Source: Candidatus Omnitrophota bacterium
GTDB taxonomy: Bacteria > Omnitrophota > Gorgyraeia > Tantalellales > Tantalellaceae
Length of the DNA: 64,000 nt
Assembly (NCBI GenBank): GCA_043812935.1
Contig: JBDRLO010000040.1
Coordinates: 7,779 to 71,778 of the forward strand
Direction of reading: 5' to 3'
Numbering within the stretch: position 1 is the first letter of the stretch; each line of letters begins with the position of its first letter. The notes below the pieces were generated by a model, which was not told where the DNA came from, did no database searches, and was given only the letters and a program-made list of their open reading frames with translations. Below, piece after piece: positions 1 to 8,595 of this stretch. The position numbers were made by a program, and so were the translations under genes.

Positions 1-210
1 CTCTTTTTTGATTTCTTTCATTTTAACTCCATTTTTTAAATTAGAGGTTTTAAAAAATAAAACAGAGTAAAAACCCCCCCTTGTTAAAGAATAATAATAC
101 AAGGCGCTAAGCTACGCGTCTTAGCTGTAAAAAGTATATTTTCAATATACGTGTTTGTCAATAGAAAAAAGTAAAAAAAAATTTTTTGAATAATTATCGG
201 GCTGAAATTT

Positions 211-299
211 TGGTGCCGGAGGTGGGAGTCGAACCCACACGGGGGTTAAGCCCCACTGGATTTTGAGTCCAGCGCGTCTGCCAGTTTCACCACTCCGGC
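211..299 (-). tRNA. tRNA-Leu (anticodon CAA), long variable arm, CCA encoded
   Basis: Reverse complement reads GCCGGAG...GGTTCGACTCCCACCTCCGGCACCA. It has a 7-bp acceptor stem, anticodon stem CTGGA/TCCAG with loop CTCAAAA, and a long extra arm; 89 nt. Confidence 0.9.
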
Positions 300-319
300 G
301 TTCTTTAAAGATGCAACCA

Positions 320-348
320 ATTTTATTATTGATACGGTTAATAGTCAA
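320..348 (-). promoter_or_regulatory. candidate sigma70-type promoter for tRNA-Leu
   Basis: Minus strand TTGACT (343-348), 17-nt spacer, TAAAAT (320-325), about 20 nt upstream of the tRNA 5-prime end. Confidence 0.45.
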
Positions 349-359
349 GCTAAAAACTG

Positions 360-389
360 TTGACAGTGTTTTTTCACTTGTGTTATAGT
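360..389 (+). promoter_or_regulatory. candidate sigma70-type promoter for tRNA-Ala
   Basis: TTGACA (360-365), 18-nt spacer, TATAGT (384-389), 22 nt upstream of the tRNA 5-prime end. Confidence 0.5.
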
Positions 390-411
390 TGGACGAAACA
401 CTTTATATTGT

Positions 412-487
412 GGGGCTGTAGCTCAGCTGGGAGAGCGCGTGCATGGCATGCATGAGGTCAGGGGTTCGATCCCCCTCAGCTCCACCA
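412..487 (+). tRNA. tRNA-Ala (anticodon GGC), CCA encoded
   Basis: GGGGCTGTAGCTCAGCTGGGAGAGCG...GGTTCGATCCCCCTCAGCTCCACCA. Anticodon stem CGTGC/GCATG with loop ATGGCAT; G3:U70-type Ala acceptor; 76 nt. Confidence 0.9.
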
Positions 488-629
488 ACCTTCGCTTTCA
501 GCGAAGGTTGTCTCGCCGAAGCCAGATAAGCTCTCGCAATAGTTCGGCGAAGGCGGACTTATTTTACTTAATTCAATTCAATTTAAAAGATTTTATTTCT
601 AACCATAAAAAGAAATGTTCCTCGCTTCT

Positions 630-658
630 TTGTCATGCCGGACTTGATCCGGCATCTC
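630..658. repeat. 29-nt hairpin repeat, left copy of the inverted pair flanking the SIR2-like gene
   Basis: TTGTCATGCCGGACTTGATCCGGCATCTC. Internal hairpin GCCGGA-CTTGA-TCCGGC. Its reverse complement recurs at 1721-1749 with 2 compensatory changes. Confidence 0.8.
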
Positions 659-702
659 CATCGTAAGATTCCTTTTTTCATAGGGTCTGCCATCTATAAC
701 TC

Positions 703-1692
703 TTATCGATATATTTTATCCGCGTCTTCTTCTGTTATATTTTCAATTTCCTTTTTTATCTTTTCAATGGGTTGAGAACGATTTTGGATAAACCCCCATA
801 AGTTGTCTTTTACTTTACACGCATTTGGATCAATAATGATAACTTTTGCTTTTTTATTAAGCATAGATATCAATACCCGCAACAAATAATCTTCAGGCCT
901 TAAGCTTACTCCCATAATAACAAAAACATCCGCTTTTATCAGTTTATGTACAGCGTTTCTCCAAAAATTAAGCATGTTTTGATACTCAAGCTGTTTTATA
1001 TACGAAGGAGCAACAACATATCCTATTTTGTTCTTACACGCTTCTCTTCCGATTATGTCTTTATGTTTACAAGATACCGCAAATTGTTCTTTTTTACCTT
1101 GCGGGTTAATTTCATAGTCAACCGAGCTTATTCCAGTACACTCTTCCGTACATAAAACAAAATTAATGGAACCATGTAATTTCAATATTCTGATATTCAT
1201 AGGGTTGTCCTTCAGAGGATACTTTTGCCAGGCATCACATTCATAACCGCCGTCTGGGCGCCATTTTCCCTTTTCCCATAACACATTTTCAAGATAACAA
1301 TCATAATTCAGGGTTATTATTCTATCGTTCTCTTTAAACAAAAGTTTCGTTAAGTTATCGGCAGTATCAGATATTTTAACAGCCCCATTTCCATCCCAAG
1401 GTTCACATAATTTAGATAAACTAAATATTCCCAAGATTTGATCAGTTACTTTTTTGCGATAACTGATCAACTCATAATCTTCTGGCTTCTCTAGTAGTCT
1501 CATGTCTATTTTTGTTAAAAATAATTCAATATTTTCCGGAGAAAAGTTTAATTTCTGTTTTAAGTCCTTTGGGAATATTTGACCTAGCTCTTCGCCCAGT
1601 TTTTTAGTTAAAGGCGCGCTATTATTTGGAGTAATAGCGTGACTAAACCCTGCTCCGGTTAGATATACTATGTTTTTATTATTGTTCTGCAT
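703..1692 (-). CDS. SIR2-like (SIR2_2 family) protein, putative NAD-consuming enzyme, single domain
   Basis: 329-aa ORF with N-terminal IVYLTGAGFS glycine loop, ITLNYD and ILKLHGSINF motifs, and C-terminal VFVIMGVSLRPED. These are typical of SIR2_2 / defence-type sirtuins. Confidence 0.7.
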   Translation of the reverse strand: MQNNNKNIVYLTGAGFSHAITPNNSAPLTKKLGEELGQIFPKDLKQKLNFSPENIELFLTKIDMRLLEKPEDYELISYRKKVTDQILGIFSLSKLCEPWDGNGAVKISDTADNLTKLLFKENDRIITLNYDCYLENVLWEKGKWRPDGGYECDAWQKYPLKDNPMNIRILKLHGSINFVLCTEECTGISSVDYEINPQGKKEQFAVSCKHKDIIGREACKNKIGYVVAPSYIKQLEYQNMLNFWRNAVHKLIKADVFVIMGVSLRPEDYLLRVLISMLNKKAKVIIIDPNACKVKDNLWGFIQNRSQPIEKIKKEIENITEEDADKIYR

Positions 1693-1720
1693 CAGATTAT
1701 TTCTGGCTTTTTTATGTTTT

Positions 1721-1749
1721 GAGATCCCGGATCAAGTCCGGGATGACAA
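1721..1749. repeat. 29-nt hairpin repeat, right (inverted) copy
   Basis: GAGATCCCGGATCAAGTCCGGGATGACAA is the reverse complement of 630-658 except for a G/C swap at two positions that pair in the hairpin. An additional half copy GGGATGACAAT lies at 1790-1800. Confidence 0.8.
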
Positions 1750-1806
1750 TGAGAAAATACGTCAAGGATGACTTTTTTATATTCGGCCGGGATGACAATA
1801 AACAAA

Positions 1807-1867
1807 CGTGAAACATGCGGCATGTTTCGTGTAACACATCCTTAGAGCTAACTAACATCCTAACCAC
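1807..1867 (-). repeat. post-stop composite element: GTTAG-rich short array plus palindrome
   Basis: Directly after the gpmI stop, the minus strand reads GTGGTTAGGATGTTAGTTAGCT, then GTGTTACACG, then the palindrome GAAACATGC-C-GCATGTTTC (1810-1828). Confidence 0.5.
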
Positions 1868-3496
1868 CTATTTAAATTCTATCAACGACGGATCGTAATC
1901 TTCAACGTTTTCAAACCCTAGTAAGTTTAAAATTGTACCCGCTACATTAGACAAGCCCCGTTTAGGTAAATTTGCCATTTCGTATTCACCATTATACTGG
2001 GGATCATAAATAATAAACGGCACAGGATTTAGTGTATGCGCTGTTTTCGGCACTTTCTTACCATTAACCACCGTAAACATTTCGTCGGAGTTGCCATGAT
2101 CAGCGGTAATCAAAGCTATTCCGCCTATTTGTTTCACAACGTCTAAAAGGCTCTGCACACAACCATCAACTGTTTCCATGGCTGTTATAACCGCCGGGAC
2201 AACCGCAGTATGCCCTACCATATCTCCATTAGCAAGGTTGAGCCGTCCAAAAGCAAAACGACCGCTTTTTAGAAGTTCAATGGTTTTCTCCGCGATTTCT
2301 AGCGCTTTCATTTTAGGAGCTTTATCAAACTGTATTTTATCAGAAGGGATTTCAACGTATTCTTCAAGTTCTTTTGAAATATATCCGGATTTGTTTCCGT
2401 TCCAAAAATAGGTTACATGCCCAAACTTCTGCGTTTCAGAAATCGCAAACATTTTTACACCTTCTGCGCATAAATATTCACTGACTGTTCTGTCTATTTC
2501 CGGCGGATCAACAAGATAATATTTAGGTATATGCAAATCCCCGTCATATTCCATCATTCCGGCAAAAAACACATCCGGAACTCTTTCTCTATTAAATTCT
2601 GTAAAGTTTTTTTCTTCAAACGCGCGTGAAATTTCTATTGCCCTATCCCCTCTGAAATTAAAAAATACAACAGAATCTCCATCTTCGATACAGCCGACTG
2701 GTTTTGAATTTTCCGCAACCACAAAGGGGTTTAAATACTGATCTGTTATTACGGGATCCTCTTTATAATATGTTTCTATTGCCTCTTTTGCTGATAAAAA
2801 TTGACGCGCTTTACCAAGAACATGCGCGTCCCAACCGCGTTTAACAACATCCCAGTCAGCATTATAACGATCCATTGTTGTAACCATTCGCCCGCCGCCC
2901 GATGCTATACGATAATCATAGGTTTTCTCTGAAGATATTTTTGACAACAATTTTTCAGTTTGTTCAATATATAACAAAGCTGATTTTTCTCCCACATCAC
3001 GCCCATCCAAAAGAACATGAATACGCACACGTTTAACTCCTTCTGCTGCAAGACGGTTAATCATGGCAAATAACTGATCTATATGAGAATGCACGTTTCC
3101 ATCGGATAAAAGCCCTATAAAATGAAAAGTTCCGTTGGATTTTTTTACCTGTTCAACAAGACTTTTCCAGTTTTTATTCTGAAAAATAGATCCGTCCGAA
3201 ATAGCACTATCAACTCTCTTGGCGCCTTGCGCAAAAACTCTCCCGGCACCAAGCGCATTATGCCCTACTTCACTATTTCCCATATCATCATCCGACGGTA
3301 ATCCTACGGCAGTTCCATGCGCGGCTAGAGTTGTGAACAATTTACTCTTAAACAATTTATCCAAACATGGGGTTTTAGCCATATAAACCGCATTGGATTC
3401 ATCCTGTCTGCCGATACCTACCCCATCCATTATTATAAGCAAAAGCGGTCCTTTTCGCGGCGAAAAATTCTTAAGTTTTTTTAGTTTAAGTTCCAT
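1868..3496 (-). CDS. gpmI: 2,3-bisphosphoglycerate-independent phosphoglycerate mutase
   Basis: 542 aa; LLIIMDGVGIG, NSEVGHNALGAGR and ITADHGN motifs of iPGM. Confidence 0.93.
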   Translation of the reverse strand: MELKLKKLKNFSPRKGPLLLIIMDGVGIGRQDESNAVYMAKTPCLDKLFKSKLFTTLAAHGTAVGLPSDDDMGNSEVGHNALGAGRVFAQGAKRVDSAISDGSIFQNKNWKSLVEQVKKSNGTFHFIGLLSDGNVHSHIDQLFAMINRLAAEGVKRVRIHVLLDGRDVGEKSALLYIEQTEKLLSKISSEKTYDYRIASGGGRMVTTMDRYNADWDVVKRGWDAHVLGKARQFLSAKEAIETYYKEDPVITDQYLNPFVVAENSKPVGCIEDGDSVVFFNFRGDRAIEISRAFEEKNFTEFNRERVPDVFFAGMMEYDGDLHIPKYYLVDPPEIDRTVSEYLCAEGVKMFAISETQKFGHVTYFWNGNKSGYISKELEEYVEIPSDKIQFDKAPKMKALEIAEKTIELLKSGRFAFGRLNLANGDMVGHTAVVPAVITAMETVDGCVQSLLDVVKQIGGIALITADHGNSDEMFTVVNGKKVPKTAHTLNPVPFIIYDPQYNGEYEMANLPKRGLSNVAGTILNLLGFENVEDYDPSLIEFK

Positions 3497-3585
3497 GTTT
3501 TCCCTTCCTTTTAAAATTCATGATATCTTTGTAAAAATGCGGCCCGCGAGTTCAACACAGGCCGCAATCTGTTTTACCACACACA

Positions 3586-4944
3586 CTAAGTACATACCAC
3601 TATAACTGTAATATCATCATGCTGAGCAGCTTTACCGGTAAAATCTGCGACAGCTTTATGTAATGCCGCAACAACCTGTCTGGAATTGCAATTTTTTAAA
3701 TTTTTAACCAAATCAAGTATTCGTTCCTGCCCAAACATCTCTTCTCTTGTGTTCATAGCTTCTGTTATGCCGTCAGTATATAAAAGAAACATACTTCCTT
3801 TTTTATATTTTTTAGTGTTTTCAGAGAAATTCCCCTTCATCAGCCCCAGAGGCATCCCCTCTTTTGTATTAAGCAGTTCAACATTTCCGTCAGGTTCCAC
3901 AAGAATGGCAGGCAAGTGTCCCCCAACAGCATAAGTAACGCTGCCGGCAACAACATCAAAAATCATATACGTCAATGTTACAAAAAGATTATTCCCGCTG
4001 TTTTCAGAAATAAGGCGTTCGTTGACATTTTTTAAAATTTCTCCGGCTGAAATATCTCTGATAAAAGTTTTAAACACGCTTACAACTCTTGCCATATAAA
4101 GAGCCGCGGGAACTCCTTTACCCGATACATCGCCTATCATAATTCCAACTTTATTGTCTTTAAGCGGCACAATATCATATAAATCTCCGCCTACCTGACG
4201 TGCTGTCGCCATTTCAACATCTATATCCATCCCTGTAATCACCGGAATCTCTTTAGGCAAAAAGCTTCTCTGAATATCTTTCGCGATATTAAGTTCTTTT
4301 TCTATTAATTCCCGCTTTTGGATTTCAGTTACGTATTTTTTAAAAGTAAATATAACATAAATCACAACCACGCTAATTAAAGGAAAAAAAACATCTACCC
4401 ATATTCCAAACGGATAAAAAAGTGCCATAGCGATTACAATATAGCCCGCTATAATAAAAAAAATAGATAATACTCCAAACCGTTTACGAACCCGTCCGGT
4501 AATATAGGCCGTGCATCCCCATAAAAGAATGAGAACCGCAAGATTCCACCATCTATTTAAACGTTTCAAAAAATTATGACCGGCAATACTGTTATACACG
4601 CTGGCGTTAATGCCAACCCCAGGATAAAGAGTCTGCATAGGCGACGGATTTGTATCCGGAACAGTACTTGCCGTTAACCCGATAAAACACTTTTTGCCCT
4701 TGAAATCGTCTAAATTTACTTCCGGTTTCTGGCCTGTAACTTCAGCTAAATATGACTGTAGAATTTGCACATAAGAATACCGCTTAAAGGATTTTTCCCA
4801 CTTTGAAGGATAATTAATAATCATGGATGAATCTTCATTTAACGGAATAACAAAATCATCAGCGACTATCATTCTTTTTCCGGAAACAATCTCAATCTGA
4901 TCAAAACGATATCCAAGGTCATTAATCGCGGCAAGTACGGCCAA
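3586..4944 (-). CDS. C-terminal fragment of split sensor: end of CHASE2, TM helices, PP2C/SpoIIE-type serine phosphatase
   Basis: GGDLYD, MIGDVSGKGVPAALYMA and LLYTDGITEA phosphatase motifs. The listed start is an internal TTG; the frame stays open upstream to 5052. Confidence 0.8.
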   Translation of the reverse strand: MAVLAAINDLGYRFDQIEIVSGKRMIVADDFVIPLNEDSSMIINYPSKWEKSFKRYSYVQILQSYLAEVTGQKPEVNLDDFKGKKCFIGLTASTVPDTNPSPMQTLYPGVGINASVYNSIAGHNFLKRLNRWWNLAVLILLWGCTAYITGRVRKRFGVLSIFFIIAGYIVIAMALFYPFGIWVDVFFPLISVVVIYVIFTFKKYVTEIQKRELIEKELNIAKDIQRSFLPKEIPVITGMDIDVEMATARQVGGDLYDIVPLKDNKVGIMIGDVSGKGVPAALYMARVVSVFKTFIRDISAGEILKNVNERLISENSGNNLFVTLTYMIFDVVAGSVTYAVGGHLPAILVEPDGNVELLNTKEGMPLGLMKGNFSENTKKYKKGSMFLLYTDGITEAMNTREEMFGQERILDLVKNLKNCNSRQVVAALHKAVADFTGKAAQHDDITVIVVCT

Positions 4945-5038
4945 CTGGGGATAATTCTTTCCCTCATATTTAATATATGGAAGTATATTACGAATTTTAC
5001 CGTCAGAATCCTGAACTAAATTTATAAAGCCAGTGCCT

Positions 5039-5506
5039 TTAGCATTTTTTTTTCAGGATTTCAACCAAAGGAGCGACATATCCTACGGCAAAAATTTTCT
5101 CATTTTCAAAACCGCCTTTTTCCAGATCAAAGATATAAGGTAAATATACTATCCCCGCGTTTTTTACGGCTTTCGCTAATTCTTCATCTTCCTTCTTGTC
5201 TTCGCTGAAAAATACATCAAAAACAATTGTATTTGCTCCGGAAACACCTAAAATTTTTACTAAAAGCGCGTGATAGTTACGAATAAAAGGCCATCTTCCC
5301 AATTTTTTTATCGAACTATCATCTATTTCAATTACAACGATATCCTCATTAACTTTTTGCAAAGGCCGTAACCTGTACCTAAAATCAAGCATGCTGTATT
5401 CAAAGTCATCAAACGTCCGAAAATAAGACATACATAACAAAAGCCCTGCTATAAATGTTATTAAGCATACATATTCTATTTTCGCCTTGTTAAAACGTTT
5501 TAACAT
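5039..5506 (-). CDS. N-terminal fragment of the same sensor: signal-anchor TM plus start of CHASE2 domain
   Basis: IVVIEIDDSSIKKLGRWPFIRNYHALLV is a typical CHASE2 start. The ORF ends in an A9 tract (5045-5053); removing one A fuses it to 3586-5052. Confidence 0.75.
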   Translation of the reverse strand: MLKRFNKAKIEYVCLITFIAGLLLCMSYFRTFDDFEYSMLDFRYRLRPLQKVNEDIVVIEIDDSSIKKLGRWPFIRNYHALLVKILGVSGANTIVFDVFFSEDKKEDEELAKAVKNAGIVYLPYIFDLEKGGFENEKIFAVGYVAPLVEILKKKC

Positions 5507-5529
5507 ATTAATATTTGTCCGGGATAAAT

Positions 5530-6123
5530 TTATTCGCCTTTAAATAAAAGTTTCCATGGATGTGTTTTTACATCTTCGCTAAACTCTTTAAAATTTGCAG
5601 TAGTAGCTTCAAGATTCCCAACTATGTTATTCAACCCTTGCCTGTTGTCAGTTACAATATCCTTCACTTCTACTAAAATCTGATCAAGATTATTAGCAAT
5701 AGCATCGGCTTTTTTCATCAAAAGACGCATCTGTATGGGGTCTTCACTTTGAATAACATCGTTGTTTTTGCAAAACTCATTTGAAAGTCCCGGCGTTAAT
5801 CCGAGATACGCGTCACCAACAAATCCAGCTGTCCCAATGTACGCAATTGAATCTTTACGTATTTTTGTACCAGAGGCGATTTCAAGCGTGCAAACCACAG
5901 TTGTTTCCGGAGTATAGCTGAACTCCGCCCTTTTTAACCTTCCGACTTCTATCCCTGAAAGTTTTACAACAGCGTTAGGTTTAAGATCCCCGGCATATTT
6001 GAAAGATGTTTTAACATCATAAGTTCTTGTATTAAAATTAGCTGTCTTTACATAAAAGATTACTCCAATAGCAATCGCTACAATTATAACTAATCCAGCC
6101 TTAATTTCATTAGAAAATTTCAT
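5530..6123 (-). CDS. mlaD: MlaD-like MCE-domain protein (outer-membrane lipid asymmetry ABC system, substrate-binding component)
   Basis: N-terminal TM followed by an MCE fold (VKLSGIEVGRL). Start chosen at the ATG preceded by AGGGAGA. Confidence 0.8.
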   Translation of the reverse strand: MKFSNEIKAGLVIIVAIAIGVIFYVKTANFNTRTYDVKTSFKYAGDLKPNAVVKLSGIEVGRLKRAEFSYTPETTVVCTLEIASGTKIRKDSIAYIGTAGFVGDAYLGLTPGLSNEFCKNNDVIQSEDPIQMRLLMKKADAIANNLDQILVEVKDIVTDNRQGLNNIVGNLEATTANFKEFSEDVKTHPWKLLFKGE

Positions 6124-6171
6124 ATAATTCTCCCTTTTTTTAATAATACTCACTACCTCTAATGCGCTGGT

Positions 6172-6999
6172 TTACCTTATTAAATGTTCCAAATAATCAT
6201 CTCTTTGCTGAAAAAAACGTATCGGGCCATCGTGACTGCCGGTTATAAACTGACGAATTACTGGATTTTCCGATTTTTTAATTTGAACCGGAGTACCAAT
6301 TTCCAATATCTTTCCGTCATACAGCATCGCAACCCTGTCTGCAATGGACATAGCGCTCTTCATATCATGCGTAACAACAACACTTGTAATTGAAAGTTTT
6401 TTGGAAAGATCTATAATAAGCTTATCAATCACTGCGGCTACTATGGGATCTAACCCTGATGTAGGTTCATCATAAAAAATAATCTGGGGATCCATTGCTA
6501 TTGCCCGCGCAAGCCCGACTCTTTTACGCATACCTCCGGAAAGTTCACTGGGCATAAGATCTTCAAACCCGCGAAGACCGACAAGTTCCAATTTCATCCT
6601 GACAATAATATCAATAACGCTTTTCTGAAGTTTCGTATGCTCTTTCAATCCTAATGCAACATTCTCCGCAACGGTCATGGAATCAAATAAAGCCGAGGAC
6701 TGAAATGACATACCTATTTTTTTACGAACATTATCCAAATCATCGCCGAAAAGATCGGTTATATCTTCTCCAAGCAAAAAAACTCTGCCGGAATCAGCTT
6801 TAAGCGTCCCTATCATATGTCTTAAAAGTGTGCTTTTCCCGCACCCGGATCCCCCCATCACAACAAAGGTTTCCCCTCGATATATTTCAAGATTTACACC
6901 GTCCAGCACATTTCGTCCGGCAAATTGTTTCACAAGATTTTTGGTTTGTATTACAACTTCTCGTTTTCCCATAAAAATTGTTCCAATACTTTTATACAT
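6172..6999 (-). CDS. mlaF: Mla-type ABC transporter ATP-binding protein
   Basis: Walker A GGSGCGKST, signature LSGGMRKRV, Walker B IIFYDEPTSGLD. Confidence 0.88.
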   Translation of the reverse strand: MYKSIGTIFMGKREVVIQTKNLVKQFAGRNVLDGVNLEIYRGETFVVMGGSGCGKSTLLRHMIGTLKADSGRVFLLGEDITDLFGDDLDNVRKKIGMSFQSSALFDSMTVAENVALGLKEHTKLQKSVIDIIVRMKLELVGLRGFEDLMPSELSGGMRKRVGLARAIAMDPQIIFYDEPTSGLDPIVAAVIDKLIIDLSKKLSITSVVVTHDMKSAMSIADRVAMLYDGKILEIGTPVQIKKSENPVIRQFITGSHDGPIRFFQQRDDYLEHLIR

Positions 7000-7789
7000 T
7001 GGAGAAATAAAAAAGCCCTGTTAAAATACAATCAAAAATAACAATAAGTATAAAACTTATTACAACACTCAAAGTTGTAGCTCTACCCACACCCTCTGCC
7101 CCTCCACGAGTGTTTAATCCTACATGACAGGCTATCATAGAAATAATAATTGAAAAAACCACGCTTTTCGCTAAACCTGTCCATACATCTTTCCAGGTTA
7201 AGAAATCAAAAGAAAAAGATACATACCGGTAAGGATTAAGCTGAAGATTAAACACTCCGACGATAAGTCCGCCGAGAATGCCAACAATATCACTCATCAC
7301 AGTAAGACACGGAAGCATGATAAGCAGCGCCAAAAACCGCGGAACCACTAAAAACCGCACAGGGTTAAGCGCCATGGTTTCTAATGCCTCTATTTGCTCA
7401 GAAACCTGCATAGTCCCTATTTCAGCGGTTATCGCCGACCCCACCCTGCCGGTAACAACAAGCGCCGCAAAAACAGGCCCAAGTTCCCTAGCCATACTTA
7501 TACTTACCATTGGAGCGACATAAATTACTGCACCCAGCTGTTTAAGCTGATATGCGCTTTGCATTGCAATAACGATACCTGTAAAAAGAGAAATAAAGAA
7601 GACAATAACTACGGACTGAACACCAGCAAACACCATTTGATGAAAAATACTCTGACGGCCGGCTGATTTACCTTTAAACGGTCCGACTATAGCCCACCAA
7701 AGCGTGTCAACAAAAAGTGACAACACATCAACCGTATTTCTGGCAAAATTAAACGCTATTACGCCGATAACATTGACAGGATTTTTCAT
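6992..7789 (-). CDS. mlaE: Mla-type ABC transporter permease
   Basis: 265-aa polytopic protein with the MlaE/YrbE pattern (GPVFAALVVTGRVGSAITAEIGTMQVSEQIEAL). Confidence 0.88.
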   Translation of the reverse strand: MKNPVNVIGVIAFNFARNTVDVLSLFVDTLWWAIVGPFKGKSAGRQSIFHQMVFAGVQSVVIVFFISLFTGIVIAMQSAYQLKQLGAVIYVAPMVSISMARELGPVFAALVVTGRVGSAITAEIGTMQVSEQIEALETMALNPVRFLVVPRFLALLIMLPCLTVMSDIVGILGGLIVGVFNLQLNPYRYVSFSFDFLTWKDVWTGLAKSVVFSIIISMIACHVGLNTRGGAEGVGRATTLSVVISFILIVIFDCILTGLFYFSNV

Positions 7790-7818
7790 TATCTGTTCTT
7801 TTTAGGGTTACGTTATTA

Positions 7819-8157
7819 TTACATATCAAAAGAGTTCATTGCTTCGTCTTCTTTATCTAAAATATCGAATAATTGTGTTAATTTTGTAATCTCAAAAAGG
7901 CCTTTAACTTTAACAGATAAATTAGTAAGTTTTAGTTTACCGCCATGTCTATTTAAATTCTTCAAAATTTCAACCAGCGTAGCAAGCCCTGAACTATCAA
8001 TATAATCCACCCCTTTTAGGTCTATTAGAATGTATATTTTCTCATTTTTTATTACTGCCTCTAAAGAATCTTTTAAAGCCGGAGCTGTATTAATATCAAT
8101 ATCACCAGCCATCCTAAGAATTGATATCCCGCTTTTTTCTTCCATCCTTATATCCAT
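7819..8157 (-). CDS. STAS-domain protein (anti-sigma-factor antagonist type; possibly MlaB-like)
   Basis: 112 aa; LIDLKGVDYIDSSGLATLV carries the conserved phosphorylatable DSSG motif. Confidence 0.85.
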   Translation of the reverse strand: MDIRMEEKSGISILRMAGDIDINTAPALKDSLEAVIKNEKIYILIDLKGVDYIDSSGLATLVEILKNLNRHGGKLKLTNLSVKVKGLFEITKLTQLFDILDKEDEAMNSFDM

Positions 8158-8187
8158 TCTACTCCTTACGTTACGTTATAAATATTT

Positions 8188-8595
8188 TCAATCCAAAAAT
8201 TTTATCATCACTATTCGCTTGCCGCCTTTTTCAAAAGTAACTCTATCCATCAGATGTTTAATTAAATATACACCACGGCCGTTTTCTTTCAAAAGATTTT
8301 CATCAAGAGTTGGATCCGGAAGATAGGAAAAATTAAAACCTTCTCCTTCATCTTCAACACATATTGTCATTTGGCCGTTTAATATTTCGGCTTCCACTAT
8401 AATTTTTTTTCGCATATCCAATTTATTGCCATGGATCATGGCGTTACGCAAAGCTTCTTCCAAACTTACGTAAATATCAAAAATAATTTCTTCATCAATT
8501 TTGGACTTTTTTAAATTTTTAATCAGTTTTTTACTGATTTTTTTTAATAACCGGCTATTCGTAGGGATCACGTTTCTAACCACTCTCATCATCAC
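8188..8595 (-). CDS. RsbW/SpoIIAB-like serine kinase (HATPase_c_2)
   Basis: N-box [13 protein letters not shown]1 VEDEGEGF, G2 [14 protein letters not shown]-type 4-nt overlap with the accA stop. Confidence 0.82.
   Translation of the reverse strand: MMMRVVRNVIPTNSRLLKKISKKLIKNLKKSKIDEEIIFDIYVSLEEALRNAMIHGNKLDMRKKIIVEAEILNGQMTICVEDEGEGFNFSYLPDPTLDENLLKENGRGVYLIKHLMDRVTFEKGGKRIVMIKFLD

Noticed and set aside
1-21. Possible start of a minus-strand gene (GGAGTTAAAATGAAAGAAATCAAAAAAGAG) running off the left edge
   Set aside because: Only 7 codons fall inside the window, too little to call a feature, although the SD-ATG spacing looks real.
142-666. ORFs 142-348 (minus) and 439-666 (plus) from the six-frame track
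   Set aside because: They overlap the tRNA-Leu and tRNA-Ala genes and the downstream hairpin repeats. No RBS and no protein-like composition. They are translations of structured RNA or repeat DNA.
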